From Acidimicrobiia bacterium (GTDB lineage Bacteria > Actinomycetota > Acidimicrobiia > Acidimicrobiales > CADCSY01): 64,000 nucleotides of DNA. This document shows positions 24,987 to 37,900 of the stretch, one piece after another. Numbering within the stretch: position 1 is the stretch's first letter; every line of letters starts with the position of its first letter. The translations under genes and the position numbers were made by a program. Location: the NCBI GenBank assembly GCA_050249235.1, contig JBFWQW010000004.1, positions 3,248 through 67,247 on the forward strand, in the 5' to 3' direction. The notes beneath the pieces were generated by a model. It had not been told where the DNA came from and made no database searches. It saw only the letters and a program-made list of their open reading frames with translations.

Positions 24987-27145
24987 CAGTGGGAGAAGTC
25001 GACGTGAGGCAGGCGCCGGTCGAGCCACGCCGGGATCGCCCAGGCGCGCCCGCCGAGCATCCCTAGCAGGGACGGCACGAGCATCATGCGGATGACCGTG
25101 GCGTCGAGCAGCACGGCGAGGGCGAGGGTGACGCCGAGCTCGGTGGGCGGGATCGGACCCGTGACGCCGAACGCGACGAACACCACGATCATGATCAGCG
25201 CGGCGTTGGTGATCGGCCGCCCGGTGCGGGCGACCCCCTCCGTGACCGCCCGCCGGGCGTCGCCGGTGGCGTCGTGGCGCTCCTTGATCGCGGCGAGCAG
25301 GAACAGCTGGTAGTCCATCGACAGGCCGAACAGCAGGGCGAAGAAGAACAGCGGCGCCCAGGCGTCGACGAAGCCCTGGTGCTCGATCCCGAGCAGCGAC
25401 GCCCCGCGGCCGTGCTGGAACACGAGGGTGGCGAAGCCGAAGCTGGCCGCCACGCCGACCAGGTTCAGCACGATCGACGACACGGCGATGACGAGGCTGC
25501 GGAACACCACGAGCAGCAAGAGGAAGGCGACGAGCATGATCGCCCCGACCGCGAGCGGCGCCGTGCCGGTCAGCGCCGCGGTCAGGTCGTGGTTCTGGGC
25601 GCCGGGCCCACCGACGGCGGCGTCGGGAACGGCCCCCCGCAGGGTGGCGCGGAGCCGGCCCACGAGGTCGGCGGTGGCCTGGTCGTCGACGGCGGTGGTG
25701 GGGACGACCCGGACGACACCGCGACCCGAGTCCGCAGGAGGAGCCACGACCTGGGCGGCGGCGACGCCGTCGTCGGCCGTCGCGAGCGAGACGACGTCGT
25801 CGAGCTGCCCGGCCGGGGCGGTGACGAAGAGGGGCGCGGCGGTGCCGGGCCCGAAGGCTTCGAGGACGGTCTCGTAGCCGTCCCGGCTCTGCTCGCCGCG
25901 GTCGACGACCCGGGCCCCGGGCATGCCGAGCCGCATGCCCGCAGCCGGCGCGGCGAGCAGCAGGAGGATGCCGAGCCCGGCGGCGAGCGCGACGCCGGGG
26001 CGGCGCATGGCCGCGGCCGTCCAGCGGGTCCAGCGTCCCTCGGCGGCGCGGTCGGGGTCCGAGTGGCCGCGCGCGACCAGGACCCGGTCACCCATGGCCA
26101 CGAGGATCGCCGGCAGGAGCGTCAGCGACGCCGCCGCGGTGGCGACGAGCGAGAGGATCATCCCGAGCGCCATGGCCCGGAAGACCATCACCGGCATCAG
26201 GAAGATCGCGGCGAGCGAGAGGACGACCGTCAGGGCCGAGAGGAAGACGGCCTTGCCCGCGGTCGCCAGCGTGGCGGCGATGCCGTCGAGGGCGTCCCTG
26301 CCGTCCTCGCGCTCCTCCCGGTACCGGGAGACGATGAACAGGCTGTAGTCGATGCCGACGGCCAGACCGATCATCATCGAGAAGTTCATCGACCACACCG
26401 ACAGCGGGGTGGCGGCGGTGCCGAGGTGCAGCGCGGCGAACCCGACGGCGATGCCGGCCACCGCGAGGACCAGCGGGATGCCGGCCGCGACGGCGGACCC
26501 GAACGCCACGAACAGCAGGAGCAGCGTCGGCAGGCCGGAGAGCACCTCTGCCCGGTGGAGCGCCGCCTCGTTCTCGCTGTTGAAGTCGTGCCAGACCGCC
26601 CACTCGCCGGTGGTGTCCGCCTCGGCTCCCGCCGGCAGGTCGATCGAGTCGACGAGGGCCATCACCTCGCCCGCGGACTCGGGAAGGTCGGCGTCGTCGC
26701 CGGCCTCGAGCCCGACGGGGACGAGCGCGGTTCGACCGTCGGCCGCGAGCAGGCCCGACCCGGCCGGCGCCGCCAGCGGGTCGACGACCGAGGACACACC
26801 CGGTCCGCCCCGTAGGCCGGCGACGAGCGCCCGGAGCCCGGAGGGATCCTCGGCGATCGGCCGGGTCTGGCGGTAGGCGACGACCGCGGCCTCGGCGCCG
26901 AGCGACGGGAAGTCACGTCGGAGCTCGTCGCGGACCTCGTTCGCCGTCGAGCCCTGGGCCTCCCACCCGGCACCCGAGAGCGCGCCGGTGAGGGTCACCG
27001 CCAACGGCGCGGCGAGGACGACGGCGAAGGCCCACGCCGCGAGCACCCGGCGGGGTCGCCGCCCCGCGGCCCGACCGGTGCGGGCGAGCAGCCCCGCGCT
27101 CGCCGGGGCGGCGATCGCAGGTGGGGCGACGGTGGTGCTGGACAT
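24986..27145 (-). CDS. MMPL family (RND-superfamily) transporter
   Basis: 719 aa with two 6-TM bundles, each preceded by a soluble loop. IGLAVGIDYSLFIVSRYREE and FGLSMDYQLFLLAAIKE are typical MMPL TM motifs. Confidence 0.9.
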   Translation of the reverse strand: MSSTTVAPPAIAAPASAGLLARTGRAAGRRPRRVLAAWAFAVVLAAPLAVTLTGALSGAGWEAQGSTANEVRDELRRDFPSLGAEAAVVAYRQTRPIAEDPSGLRALVAGLRGGPGVSSVVDPLAAPAGSGLLAADGRTALVPVGLEAGDDADLPESAGEVMALVDSIDLPAGAEADTTGEWAVWHDFNSENEAALHRAEVLSGLPTLLLLFVAFGSAVAAGIPLVLAVAGIAVGFAALHLGTAATPLSVWSMNFSMMIGLAVGIDYSLFIVSRYREEREDGRDALDGIAATLATAGKAVFLSALTVVLSLAAIFLMPVMVFRAMALGMILSLVATAAASLTLLPAILVAMGDRVLVARGHSDPDRAAEGRWTRWTAAAMRRPGVALAAGLGILLLLAAPAAGMRLGMPGARVVDRGEQSRDGYETVLEAFGPGTAAPLFVTAPAGQLDDVVSLATADDGVAAAQVVAPPADSGRGVVRVVPTTAVDDQATADLVGRLRATLRGAVPDAAVGGPGAQNHDLTAALTGTAPLAVGAIMLVAFLLLLVVFRSLVIAVSSIVLNLVGVAASFGFATLVFQHGRGASLLGIEHQGFVDAWAPLFFFALLFGLSMDYQLFLLAAIKERHDATGDARRAVTEGVARTGRPITNAALIMIVVFVAFGVTGPIPPTELGVTLALAVLLDATVIRMMLVPSLLGMLGGRAWAIPAWLDRRLPHVDFSH

Positions 27146-27241
27146 CGGGATCGCTCGATTCGTGTCGGGACGCGACGGGGCATCGCCGGGCCGCGCCGGG
27201 GAGTCGGGAAGCGGGATGACCTGCGGGGAGCTTTGGGGGGC

Positions 27242-27511
27242 TCAGGCGAGCTTCGTGAACATCTTCTGGACGTCGGACACGTCGTAGCCCTCGGCGGCCG
27301 ACCGCGCCGGGTCCTCGAGGCACCACGTCAGGCCCGCGGCGACGAGCACGAACCCGGCCTGCTCGAGCGCCTTGTTCGCCGCCGACAGCTGCGTCACCAC
27401 GTCTCGGCAGTCTCGGCCCTCTGCGAGCATCTGCTGGATGCCGCGCACCTGGCCCTCGACCCGCCGAAGACGGCGGGTGACGTCGGCGATGGTCTCCTCG
27501 GGAAGTTCCAC
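27242..27511 (-). CDS. CsoR/RcnR/CstR-family (DUF156) metal- or persulfide-sensing repressor
   Basis: The 89-aa product contains RLRRVEGQVRGIQQML and has a GTG start. The two Cys residues (RDC... and ...TWC) are spaced 29 residues apart, as for CsoR C36/C65. The residue four before the second Cys is Gly, not the Cu-ligand His. Confidence 0.9.
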   Translation of the reverse strand: MELPEETIADVTRRLRRVEGQVRGIQQMLAEGRDCRDVVTQLSAANKALEQAGFVLVAAGLTWCLEDPARSAAEGYDVSDVQKMFTKLA

Positions 27512-27527
27512 GGACGCAGCCTAGCAG

Positions 27528-27543
27528 ATACCCCTAGGGGTAT
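27528..27543. promoter_or_regulatory. perfect 16-bp palindrome ATACCCCTAGGGGTAT, candidate CsoR-family operator
   Basis: Read directly. It lies 17 nt upstream of the regulator's GTG. G/C tracts flanked by AT-rich ends match the architecture of described CsoR-family operators. Confidence 0.7.
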
Positions 27544-27554
27544 ACGGTCGCGCC

Positions 27555-27607
27555 CCGTTCTCTGTCGCGCCCTGCACCTCCGAGGGGCCGGGCGCGACAA
27601 AGAACGG
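27555..27607. repeat. inverted repeat of the CCGTTCTCTGTCG family (18-nt arms, 1 mismatch); likely katG terminator hairpin
   Basis: CCGTTCTCTGTCGCGCCC (27555-27572) pairs with GGGCGCGACAAAGAACGG (27590-27607). It lies 11 nt past the katG stop on the minus strand. Confidence 0.6.
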
Positions 27608-27618
27608 AGGCGGGGTGC

Positions 27619-31229
<3,611 letters not shown>

Positions 31230-31298
31230 GTCTCCTCGCTCGAACGATCCGGCACGGTCCAAGGGCGCCCCATCGCGGGGGCGACCTCGAGCCAGAGG

Positions 31299-31351
31299 CC
31301 GTTCTCCGTCGACTCGAGCGGGACGATCCCGGCTCGCTCGACAGAGAACGG
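31299..31351. repeat. long imperfect hairpin of the CCGTTCTCYGTCGAC family
   Basis: CCGTTCTCCGTCGA (31299-31312) pairs with TCGACAGAGAACGG (31338-31351). Additional inner pairs are CGAGC/GCTCG and GGG/CCC. It is not adjacent to any gene 3' end. Confidence 0.6.
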
Positions 31352-31483
31352 GTGGTGGGCGGGCTGGTGCCCGGACTTGGCGGTTCGCGGCTGGTCATGT
31401 CGGGTCGCCGGCGTCGGCGTCGGCCAGACGGTAGTCCCCGGTCGGCCCGGCGGGCTGGCGACGACGGCCCCGAGCCCGCTCGA

Positions 31484-31650
31484 CTACGGTGCGGGCCGAC
31501 CACGGAAGGGAAGCCGGTGCGATTCCGGTGCGGTCCCGCCACTGTGACCGGGGAGCGAACCTCGACGAAGCCACTGGGCCTCCGGGCCTGGGAAGGCCGA
31601 GGGGAGCGTCGATCCGGGAGCCAGGATACCGATCGGGGTCGCAGGGCCGG
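31484..31650 (+). promoter_or_regulatory. cobalamin (adenosylcobalamin) riboswitch
   Basis: GGAAGGGAAGCCGGTGCGATTCCGGTGCGGTCCCGCCACTGTGACCGGGGAGCGA ... AGCCACTGGG (B12 box) ... GGGAAGGCC ... GAGCCAGGATACC match the conserved Cbl riboswitch core. It lies directly upstream of cbtB. The boundaries are approximate. Confidence 0.85.
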
Positions 31651-31687
31651 TGGGCACGTCGCCCACACCACGAGGATGGAGGTTCAC

Positions 31688-31891
31688 ATGGCTGCGATCA
31701 CCGCGGTTCCCGGTGGCGTCACGACGCCGTTCCCCCGCTGGGGCGTGCTCCTGCTCGCCGCGATGGTCGGCGTGCTCTGGCTCGTCACCTTCGAGGGCGG
31801 ACCCGTCTCGGAAGGGCTCGGCCAGGCCAGCAACTTCCTGCACGAGGTGTTCCACGACGGCCGGCACCTCCTCGGCGTTCCCTGCCACTGA
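31688..31891 (+). CDS. cbtB: cobalt transporter subunit CbtB
   Basis: 67 aa with one TM helix and the C-terminal FLHEVFHDGRHLLGVPCH motif. GGAGGT lies 5 nt upstream of the ATG. Confidence 0.85.
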   Translation: MAAITAVPGGVTTPFPRWGVLLLAAMVGVLWLVTFEGGPVSEGLGQASNFLHEVFHDGRHLLGVPCH

Positions 31892-31903
31892 GCAGCTGAC
31901 ACC

Positions 31904-32755
31904 GTGACAACCAAGCTGCTGGAGCGCGTCGATCCGTCGCGCCTGCTCCCGCTGGCCGTGACCGCCGCCCTCGTCGGCATCTTCGCCGGCCTTGCCGGCG
32001 GCGCCTTCGCCAGCATCGCCGGCGAGCCCTCGATCGACGACGCCATCGCCATCGAGGCGGCCGCCGCCGAGGACGCCGCCACCGTCCACGAGGGCGAGGA
32101 GCTCGGCGACGGGCACGCCGCCGACGGGCACCACCACGACGAGGACGGCGCCGTCGTCTCCCGGTCGACCCAACGGGGCGTCGGTCTCTTCGGCGCCTAC
32201 GGGCTGACCGGCCTGGCCTTCGGCGCCCTCCTCGCGGTCGTCGCCTTCCTGTTCCGCCACGGTGGCGCTGACGCCACCCGCCGGGTGGTCCAGGCCGGGT
32301 TGGTGCTCGCCGGCGCCTTCACGGTGGCGCCGTGGTTCAAGTACCCGCCCAACCCACCGGCCGTCGGCGACCCCGAGACGCTCGGCGAACGCCAGCGCCT
32401 CTACGTGCTGCTCATCGGCGTGGCCCTGGCCGTCGGCGTCGGCGCGGTGCAGCTCGGCCGGCGGCTCCTCGTCGCCGGTTGGTCCGGTCACCGCCGCCAC
32501 GCCGCCGTGGCGGCCCTGGTCGCCCTCGCGATGCTGGCCGCCTACGCCGTCCTGCCGCCCGCCCCGGACGCCGTGGCGGTGCCGGCCACGCTGGTGTGGC
32601 GGTTCCGGGTGGCGTCGCTCGGCGCCAACCTCACCCTGTGGGCCGTGCTCACGCTGGCGCTGGCCTGGGTGGTCGCCGAGGCCGACCGGCGGGAGGCCGG
32701 CGGTGACGGGCGTGACGCCCCGGCGCGGGTCGCCGTGCCCGTCGCCGGCCGCTGA
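31904..32755 (+). CDS. cbtA: cobalt transporter subunit CbtA
   Basis: 283 aa with a GTG start, 5 TM helices, a His-rich loop (GDGHAADGHHHDEDG) and WFKYPPNPPAVGDP, which is typical of CbtA. Confidence 0.8.
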   Translation: MTTKLLERVDPSRLLPLAVTAALVGIFAGLAGGAFASIAGEPSIDDAIAIEAAAAEDAATVHEGEELGDGHAADGHHHDEDGAVVSRSTQRGVGLFGAYGLTGLAFGALLAVVAFLFRHGGADATRRVVQAGLVLAGAFTVAPWFKYPPNPPAVGDPETLGERQRLYVLLIGVALAVGVGAVQLGRRLLVAGWSGHRRHAAVAALVALAMLAAYAVLPPAPDAVAVPATLVWRFRVASLGANLTLWAVLTLALAWVVAEADRREAGGDGRDAPARVAVPVAGR

Positions 32756-32760
32756 GCGCC

Positions 32761-34266
32761 GTGCGCGGCGGGCTGGTGGTCTGCGGCACGACCAGTGACG
32801 CCGGCAAGTCGTGGGTGGTGGCCGGCCTGTGCCGGCTCCTGCACCGCCGAGGCGTGCGGGTCGCGCCCTTCAAGGCACAGAACATGGCGCTCAACGCGGC
32901 GGTCACCGCCGACGGCGCCGAGATCGGCCATGCCCAGTGGGTGCAGGCGGTGGCCGCCGGCGTCGAACCGGAGGCGGCGATGAACCCGGTGCTTCTCAAG
33001 CCGACGGGGGAGCGGACCAGCCAGGTGGTGGTGCTCGGCAAGCCGATCGGGGTCCACTCGGCGCGGGAGTACCACGACCTCGTCGACGGGCTGCGGCCGG
33101 TGGTGCTCGACGCCCTCGCCGACCTCCGGGCCCGGTTCGACGTGGTGCTGTGCGAAGGGGCCGGCGGTGCCGCCGAGATCAACCTCCTGCACCGCGACCT
33201 CTCCAACCTCCCGCTGGCGGCGGCCGCCCGCCTGCCGGCCGTCGTGGTCGGCGACATCGACCGGGGCGGGGTATTCGCCTCGCTCTACGGCACGGTGGCG
33301 CTGCTGCCCGACGAGCTGCGGGGCTGGGTGCGGGGCTTCGTGATCAACCGGTTCCGGGGCGACCCCACCCTGCTCGACGACGGCTGCGACCAGCTCGAAG
33401 CCCGCTGCGGCGTCCCCACCCTCGGGGTGGTGCCCATGCTGGACGGCACCGACATCGACGCCGAGGACTCGCTCGCCCTCGACGGCTGGGCCACGAGCGG
33501 GTCGACGGCGGACGCGCTCGACGTCGCCGTCGTGCGGCTGCCGCGGCTCGCGAACTTCGGTGACCTCGACCCTCTCCGGCTCGACCCGTCGGTGTCGGTC
33601 CGCTGGGTCCGCAGCGCCGCCGAGCTCGGCCGGCCGGCCCTCGTCGTGCTGCCCGGGTCGAAGGCGACGCGCGACGATCTCGCCTGGCTGCGGGCCACCG
33701 GCCTCGCCGAGGCCGTCGACCGCTCCGGCGCCGCGGTCGTGGCCGTGTGCGCCGGCCTCCAGATGGCGGGAGAGTCCGTCGACGACCCCGACGGGGTCGA
33801 AGGCCCGCCCGGGTCGGTCGAGGGGCTCCGGTGGCTGCCGGTCACCACCCGCTTCGAGGCGTCCAAGGTGCTCGACCGGCCGAGCGGCGCCGTCGCCGGC
33901 GGCGTCGGCGCCGGCGCGCCGGTCGCCGGCTACCGCATCCACCACGGGCGGGTGCATCCCGGGCCCGGCGCCGAGCCCTGGCTGGTGGCCGGGGACGGCA
34001 CGGTGCTCGGCTGGCGCAGCGATCGGGTGCTCGGCACCACCCTGCACGCCCTGTTCGAGAACGACGAGCTGCGGGCCGCGGTCCTCCGCTGGGCGGCCTC
34101 GCGGTCCGGCCGTGGGCACACGGCGGCCGAACAATGGTCGTTCGCGGCGGCGCGCGAGGACCGCCTCGACCGCATCGCCGACGGCCTGGAGTCGCACCTC
34201 GACCTCGGGCGCCTCTTCGCCCTGATCGAGCAGGCCCCCTCACCGCTGGCGGACACACCCCGGTGA
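32761..34266 (+). CDS. cobQ: cobyric acid synthase
   Basis: GTTSDAGKSWVVAGLCR, APFKAQNMALNA, EGAGGAAEINL, and VGDIDRGGVFA...INRFRGD plus a GATase domain are CobQ/CbiP signatures. Confidence 0.95.
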   Translation: MRGGLVVCGTTSDAGKSWVVAGLCRLLHRRGVRVAPFKAQNMALNAAVTADGAEIGHAQWVQAVAAGVEPEAAMNPVLLKPTGERTSQVVVLGKPIGVHSAREYHDLVDGLRPVVLDALADLRARFDVVLCEGAGGAAEINLLHRDLSNLPLAAAARLPAVVVGDIDRGGVFASLYGTVALLPDELRGWVRGFVINRFRGDPTLLDDGCDQLEARCGVPTLGVVPMLDGTDIDAEDSLALDGWATSGSTADALDVAVVRLPRLANFGDLDPLRLDPSVSVRWVRSAAELGRPALVVLPGSKATRDDLAWLRATGLAEAVDRSGAAVVAVCAGLQMAGESVDDPDGVEGPPGSVEGLRWLPVTTRFEASKVLDRPSGAVAGGVGAGAPVAGYRIHHGRVHPGPGAEPWLVAGDGTVLGWRSDRVLGTTLHALFENDELRAAVLRWAASRSGRGHTAAEQWSFAAAREDRLDRIADGLESHLDLGRLFALIEQAPSPLADTPR

Positions 34267-34964
34267 GCGCGATCGAGGGCTCGCTGGCACCGGTCACCGC
34301 GCTCGTCGGCCACCTCCGGTGGCGGGCCGGCCCACCGGAAGAGGACGACCTCCTCGGCGCCGAGCTGGGCGACCCCGACCGGGTCGAGGCCGTCGTCACC
34401 GCCTCGGCCGAGGGACGGGGCAGCGACGACCCCCAGGTGCTCGGCTCGCTCTGGTGGCAGGCCTACTGCTACCGGGTGGCCGGGACGACGCTGGCCGCGT
34501 GGCTGCTCACCGGGTCGGCGCCCGACCCCGGTGCGGCCGGCGCCGGCGTGGGCATGGCCCGCAGCCGGCCCTCGTCGCTGCTGGTCGACCCGGGGGCACC
34601 GGTCCTTACCGACCTCGCCGGGCTGGCCGACCGGCTGTTCGCCGGCCACCTCGACCGCGTCGCCGACGCGCTCCGCCGGCGCCACGCCCTCGGCACCCAG
34701 CTCGTCTGGGGCGACGCCGCCGCCGGCATCGCCTCGGCGCTCGGCGCCGTGGGCACCGCCCCCGGCGCCCCCGACCTCCGCGACCGGCTCGACGTGGTCG
34801 CGGGCGCCCTCCCGCACGACATCGCGGCGCTCGGGACGTGGACGCCAGGGACGTGGTCGTTCCGGCGCCGGACCTGCTGCCTGTGGTGGAAGACCACGGC
34901 GGCCGACGGCGCCCTGTGCGAGGACTGCTCGCTCCGCCCGGCCGGGACGGCGGCCCCCCGGTGA
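34263..34964 (+). CDS. FhuF-like (2Fe-2S)-binding protein
   Basis: 233 aa; the GTG start overlaps the cobQ stop (GTGA). The C-terminal RRRTCCLWWKTTAADGALCEDCSL gives CC-x12-C-x2-C, resembling the FhuF C-terminal Fe-S motif (CC-x10-C-x2-C). WWQAYCYR is also FhuF-like. Confidence 0.6.
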   Translation: MSAIEGSLAPVTALVGHLRWRAGPPEEDDLLGAELGDPDRVEAVVTASAEGRGSDDPQVLGSLWWQAYCYRVAGTTLAAWLLTGSAPDPGAAGAGVGMARSRPSSLLVDPGAPVLTDLAGLADRLFAGHLDRVADALRRRHALGTQLVWGDAAAGIASALGAVGTAPGAPDLRDRLDVVAGALPHDIAALGTWTPGTWSFRRRTCCLWWKTTAADGALCEDCSLRPAGTAAPR

Positions 34965-37900
34965 TCCTCTTCGTCGCCAACAACGACCTCGAGCTCCTGG
35001 CCCTCCGGGCCGCGGCCGAGTCGCTGCCCGACGGCTTCCCCGCCGTGCGGGCCCACGGCGGCGTCACGCTCGACCCGACCGGCGAGCCCCCGGACCTCGA
35101 CGGCGTGCGGATCGTGCTCGTCCGGTTGCACAAGGGCCGCAGCGCCTGGCCGGAGCCCTTCGACCTCCTCCGGGAGCGCTGCCAGCGGGAGGGGATCCCG
35201 CTGCTGGCCTTCGGTGGGGAGGCGTCGGTCGACGCCGAGCTCACCGCGCGGTCGACCGTCCCGCCCGGGATCGTGACCGAGGCCTTCGCCTACCTGACCC
35301 GGGGCGGCCCGGTGAACCTCGCCAACCTGCTGCGCTTCGTGGCCGACACCCTCCTGCTCGAGGGCTTCGGCTTCGACCCGCCGGCCGAGGTCCCGCAGGT
35401 GGGCCTGCTCGGCCACCGGCCGGTCGATCCCGGTCGCCCGACGGTGGCCGTCGTCACCTACCGGGCCAACGTGCTGGCCGGCAACACGCTGGCCATCGAG
35501 CAGCTCTGCGACGCCATCGAGGCCAGGGGCGCCAACGCCCGGGCCGTCTACTGCTACTCGCTGCGACCCGAGGCCGAAGGGGTGGCACCGGCTGCGCTCG
35601 AGCTGCTCCGCGGCGCCGACGTGGTCGTCACCACCACGTGGGCGGCGGGCGGCGCGGTCCAGGCCGGCGACGCCGTGGCGGCCACGGTGGGGGAGGGCTG
35701 GGCGTCGCCGCTCGACGCCCTCGGCGTCCCGGTCCTCCAGGCCGTCGCCGCCACCGGCCCGTCGACGGCGTGGGCCGCCTCGCCGGGGGGCCTGGCGCCC
35801 CTCGACGTGGCATTGAGCGTGGCCATCCCCGAGTTCGACGGGCGGATCATCGGCCCGGCGTTCGCCTTCAAGGAGGTGGTCGACGACGGCGAGGACCTGG
35901 GCGTGGCGGTGTCGGCCCACCGGGCCGTCCCCGACCGGTGCGAGCGGGTGGCGGGCATCGCCGTCCGCCTGGCCAGGCTCCGCCACATCCCGCCGGCCGA
36001 CAAGCGGGTCGCGATCGTGCTGTCCGCCTATCCCACCAAGCGCAGCCGGATCGGCAACGCCGTCGGGCTCGACACGCCGGTGAGCCTCCTCGCCGTGGTC
36101 GACGGGTTGCGGGCCGCCGGCTACCGGGTCGACGACCTCGGCGACGACGCCGACGCGGTGATGGGCCGGCTGGCCGACGGGCTCACCTACGACCGGCCCT
36201 CGCTGTCGGTGGCCGAGCAGGCCATGGCCGTGGGCCGCCTGCACGTCGGCGACTACGCGGCCTGGTTCGCGACCCTCCCGGCCGGGCTGCGCGACCGGGT
36301 GATTGCGGCCTGGGGTCCGGCGCCGGGGAAGGTCTGCGTGCACGACGACCACCTCGTGTTCGCCGGCATCGACGCCGGCGGCGCGCTGGTGGCGGTGCAG
36401 CCCCCCCGGGGCTACGGCGAGGACCCGATCGCGGTGTACCACACGCCCGAGCTCCCACCCCCGCACCACTACCTCGCCTTCTACCGCTGGCTCGACGCCG
36501 GCTGGGGTGCCGACGCCGTCGTCCACCTCGGCAAGCACGGCACGCTCGAGTGGCTGCCCGGCAAGGGCGTCGGCCTGTCGGGGGGGTGCGTGCCCGACGC
36601 CGCCATCGGCGACCTGCCCGTCCTCTATCCGTTCGTGGTGAACGACCCGGGCGAGGGCACCCAGGCCAAGCGGCGGACCCACGCCGTGGTCGTCGACCAC
36701 CTCCCGCCCCCCATGACCCGGGCCGAGACCTACGACGACCTGGCCCGGGTGGAGCGGCTCCTCGACGAGTACGCCAGGATCGAGGCCCTCGACCCGGCCA
36801 AGCTCCCGGCCATCCAGGGCCAGCTCTGGGACCTCCTCGTCACCTCCGACCTGACGCAGGACCTCGGCGTCGGCGAGATGCCCGATCCCGACGACTTCGC
36901 CGGGATGGTCGGCCACATCGACGGCTACCTGTGCTCCCTCAAGGACGCCCAGATCCGCGGCGGCCTGCACGTGCTCGGGTCGGCACCGGACGGCGACGCG
37001 CTGCTCGACACGGTGCTGAGCATCACCCGCCAGCCCCAGGGCGCCGTCCCCTCGCTGCGGGCCACCGTGGCCGCCGAGCTGGGCGTCGACCTCGAGCGGG
37101 CCGGCACCGCCGCCGTCGACCGGGTGGAGGCGGCCTGCCGGGAGCGCATCGCCGCGCTGGCGGCCACCGGCTGGGACCCGGGCCGGGCTGGCGCCGACCC
37201 GACCATGGGCTGGATCGCCACGACGTTGGTGCCGAACCTGCGGCGCACACCCGACGAGCTCGGCAACCTGCTCGGCGGGCTCGCCGGCCGGCACGTCCCG
37301 GCCGGCCCCAGCGGCGCGCCGACGCGGGGCGGCGCCCACGTGCTGCCGACGGGGCGCAACTTCTACTCGGTCGATCCCAAGGCCATCCCCTCGGCGCTGG
37401 CCTGGGACGTGGGCCGGGCGCTCGCCGACCGGCTCCTCGACCGGCACCTCGCCGAGACGGGGGCGTATCCGCGGACGGTGGGGCTGGTGGTGTGGGGCAC
37501 GGCCAACATGCGCACTCAGGGTGACGACATCGCCGAGGTCCTCGCCCTCCTCGGCGTCCGGCCCCGCTGGAACGCCGACTCGGGCCGGGTGGAGGGGCTC
37601 GAGGTGATCCCGCTCGCCGAGCTCGGCCGGCCCCGCGTCGACGTGACGGTGCGGATCTCGGGCTTCTTCCGCGACGCCTTCCCCGACGTGGTCGACCTGC
37701 TCGACGACGCGGTGCAGCTCGTCGGCGCCCTCGACGAGCCCGACGGCGACAACCCGGTGCGGGCCGCCGGCACCGCCGACGCCCGGGTGTTCGGCCCGTC
37801 GCCGGGTGCCTACGGGTCGGGCATCTACCAGGCCATCGAGGGCCGGGCCTGGCGCACCCGCGCCGACCTGGCGGAGGTGTACCTGGCCTGGTCGGGCTAC

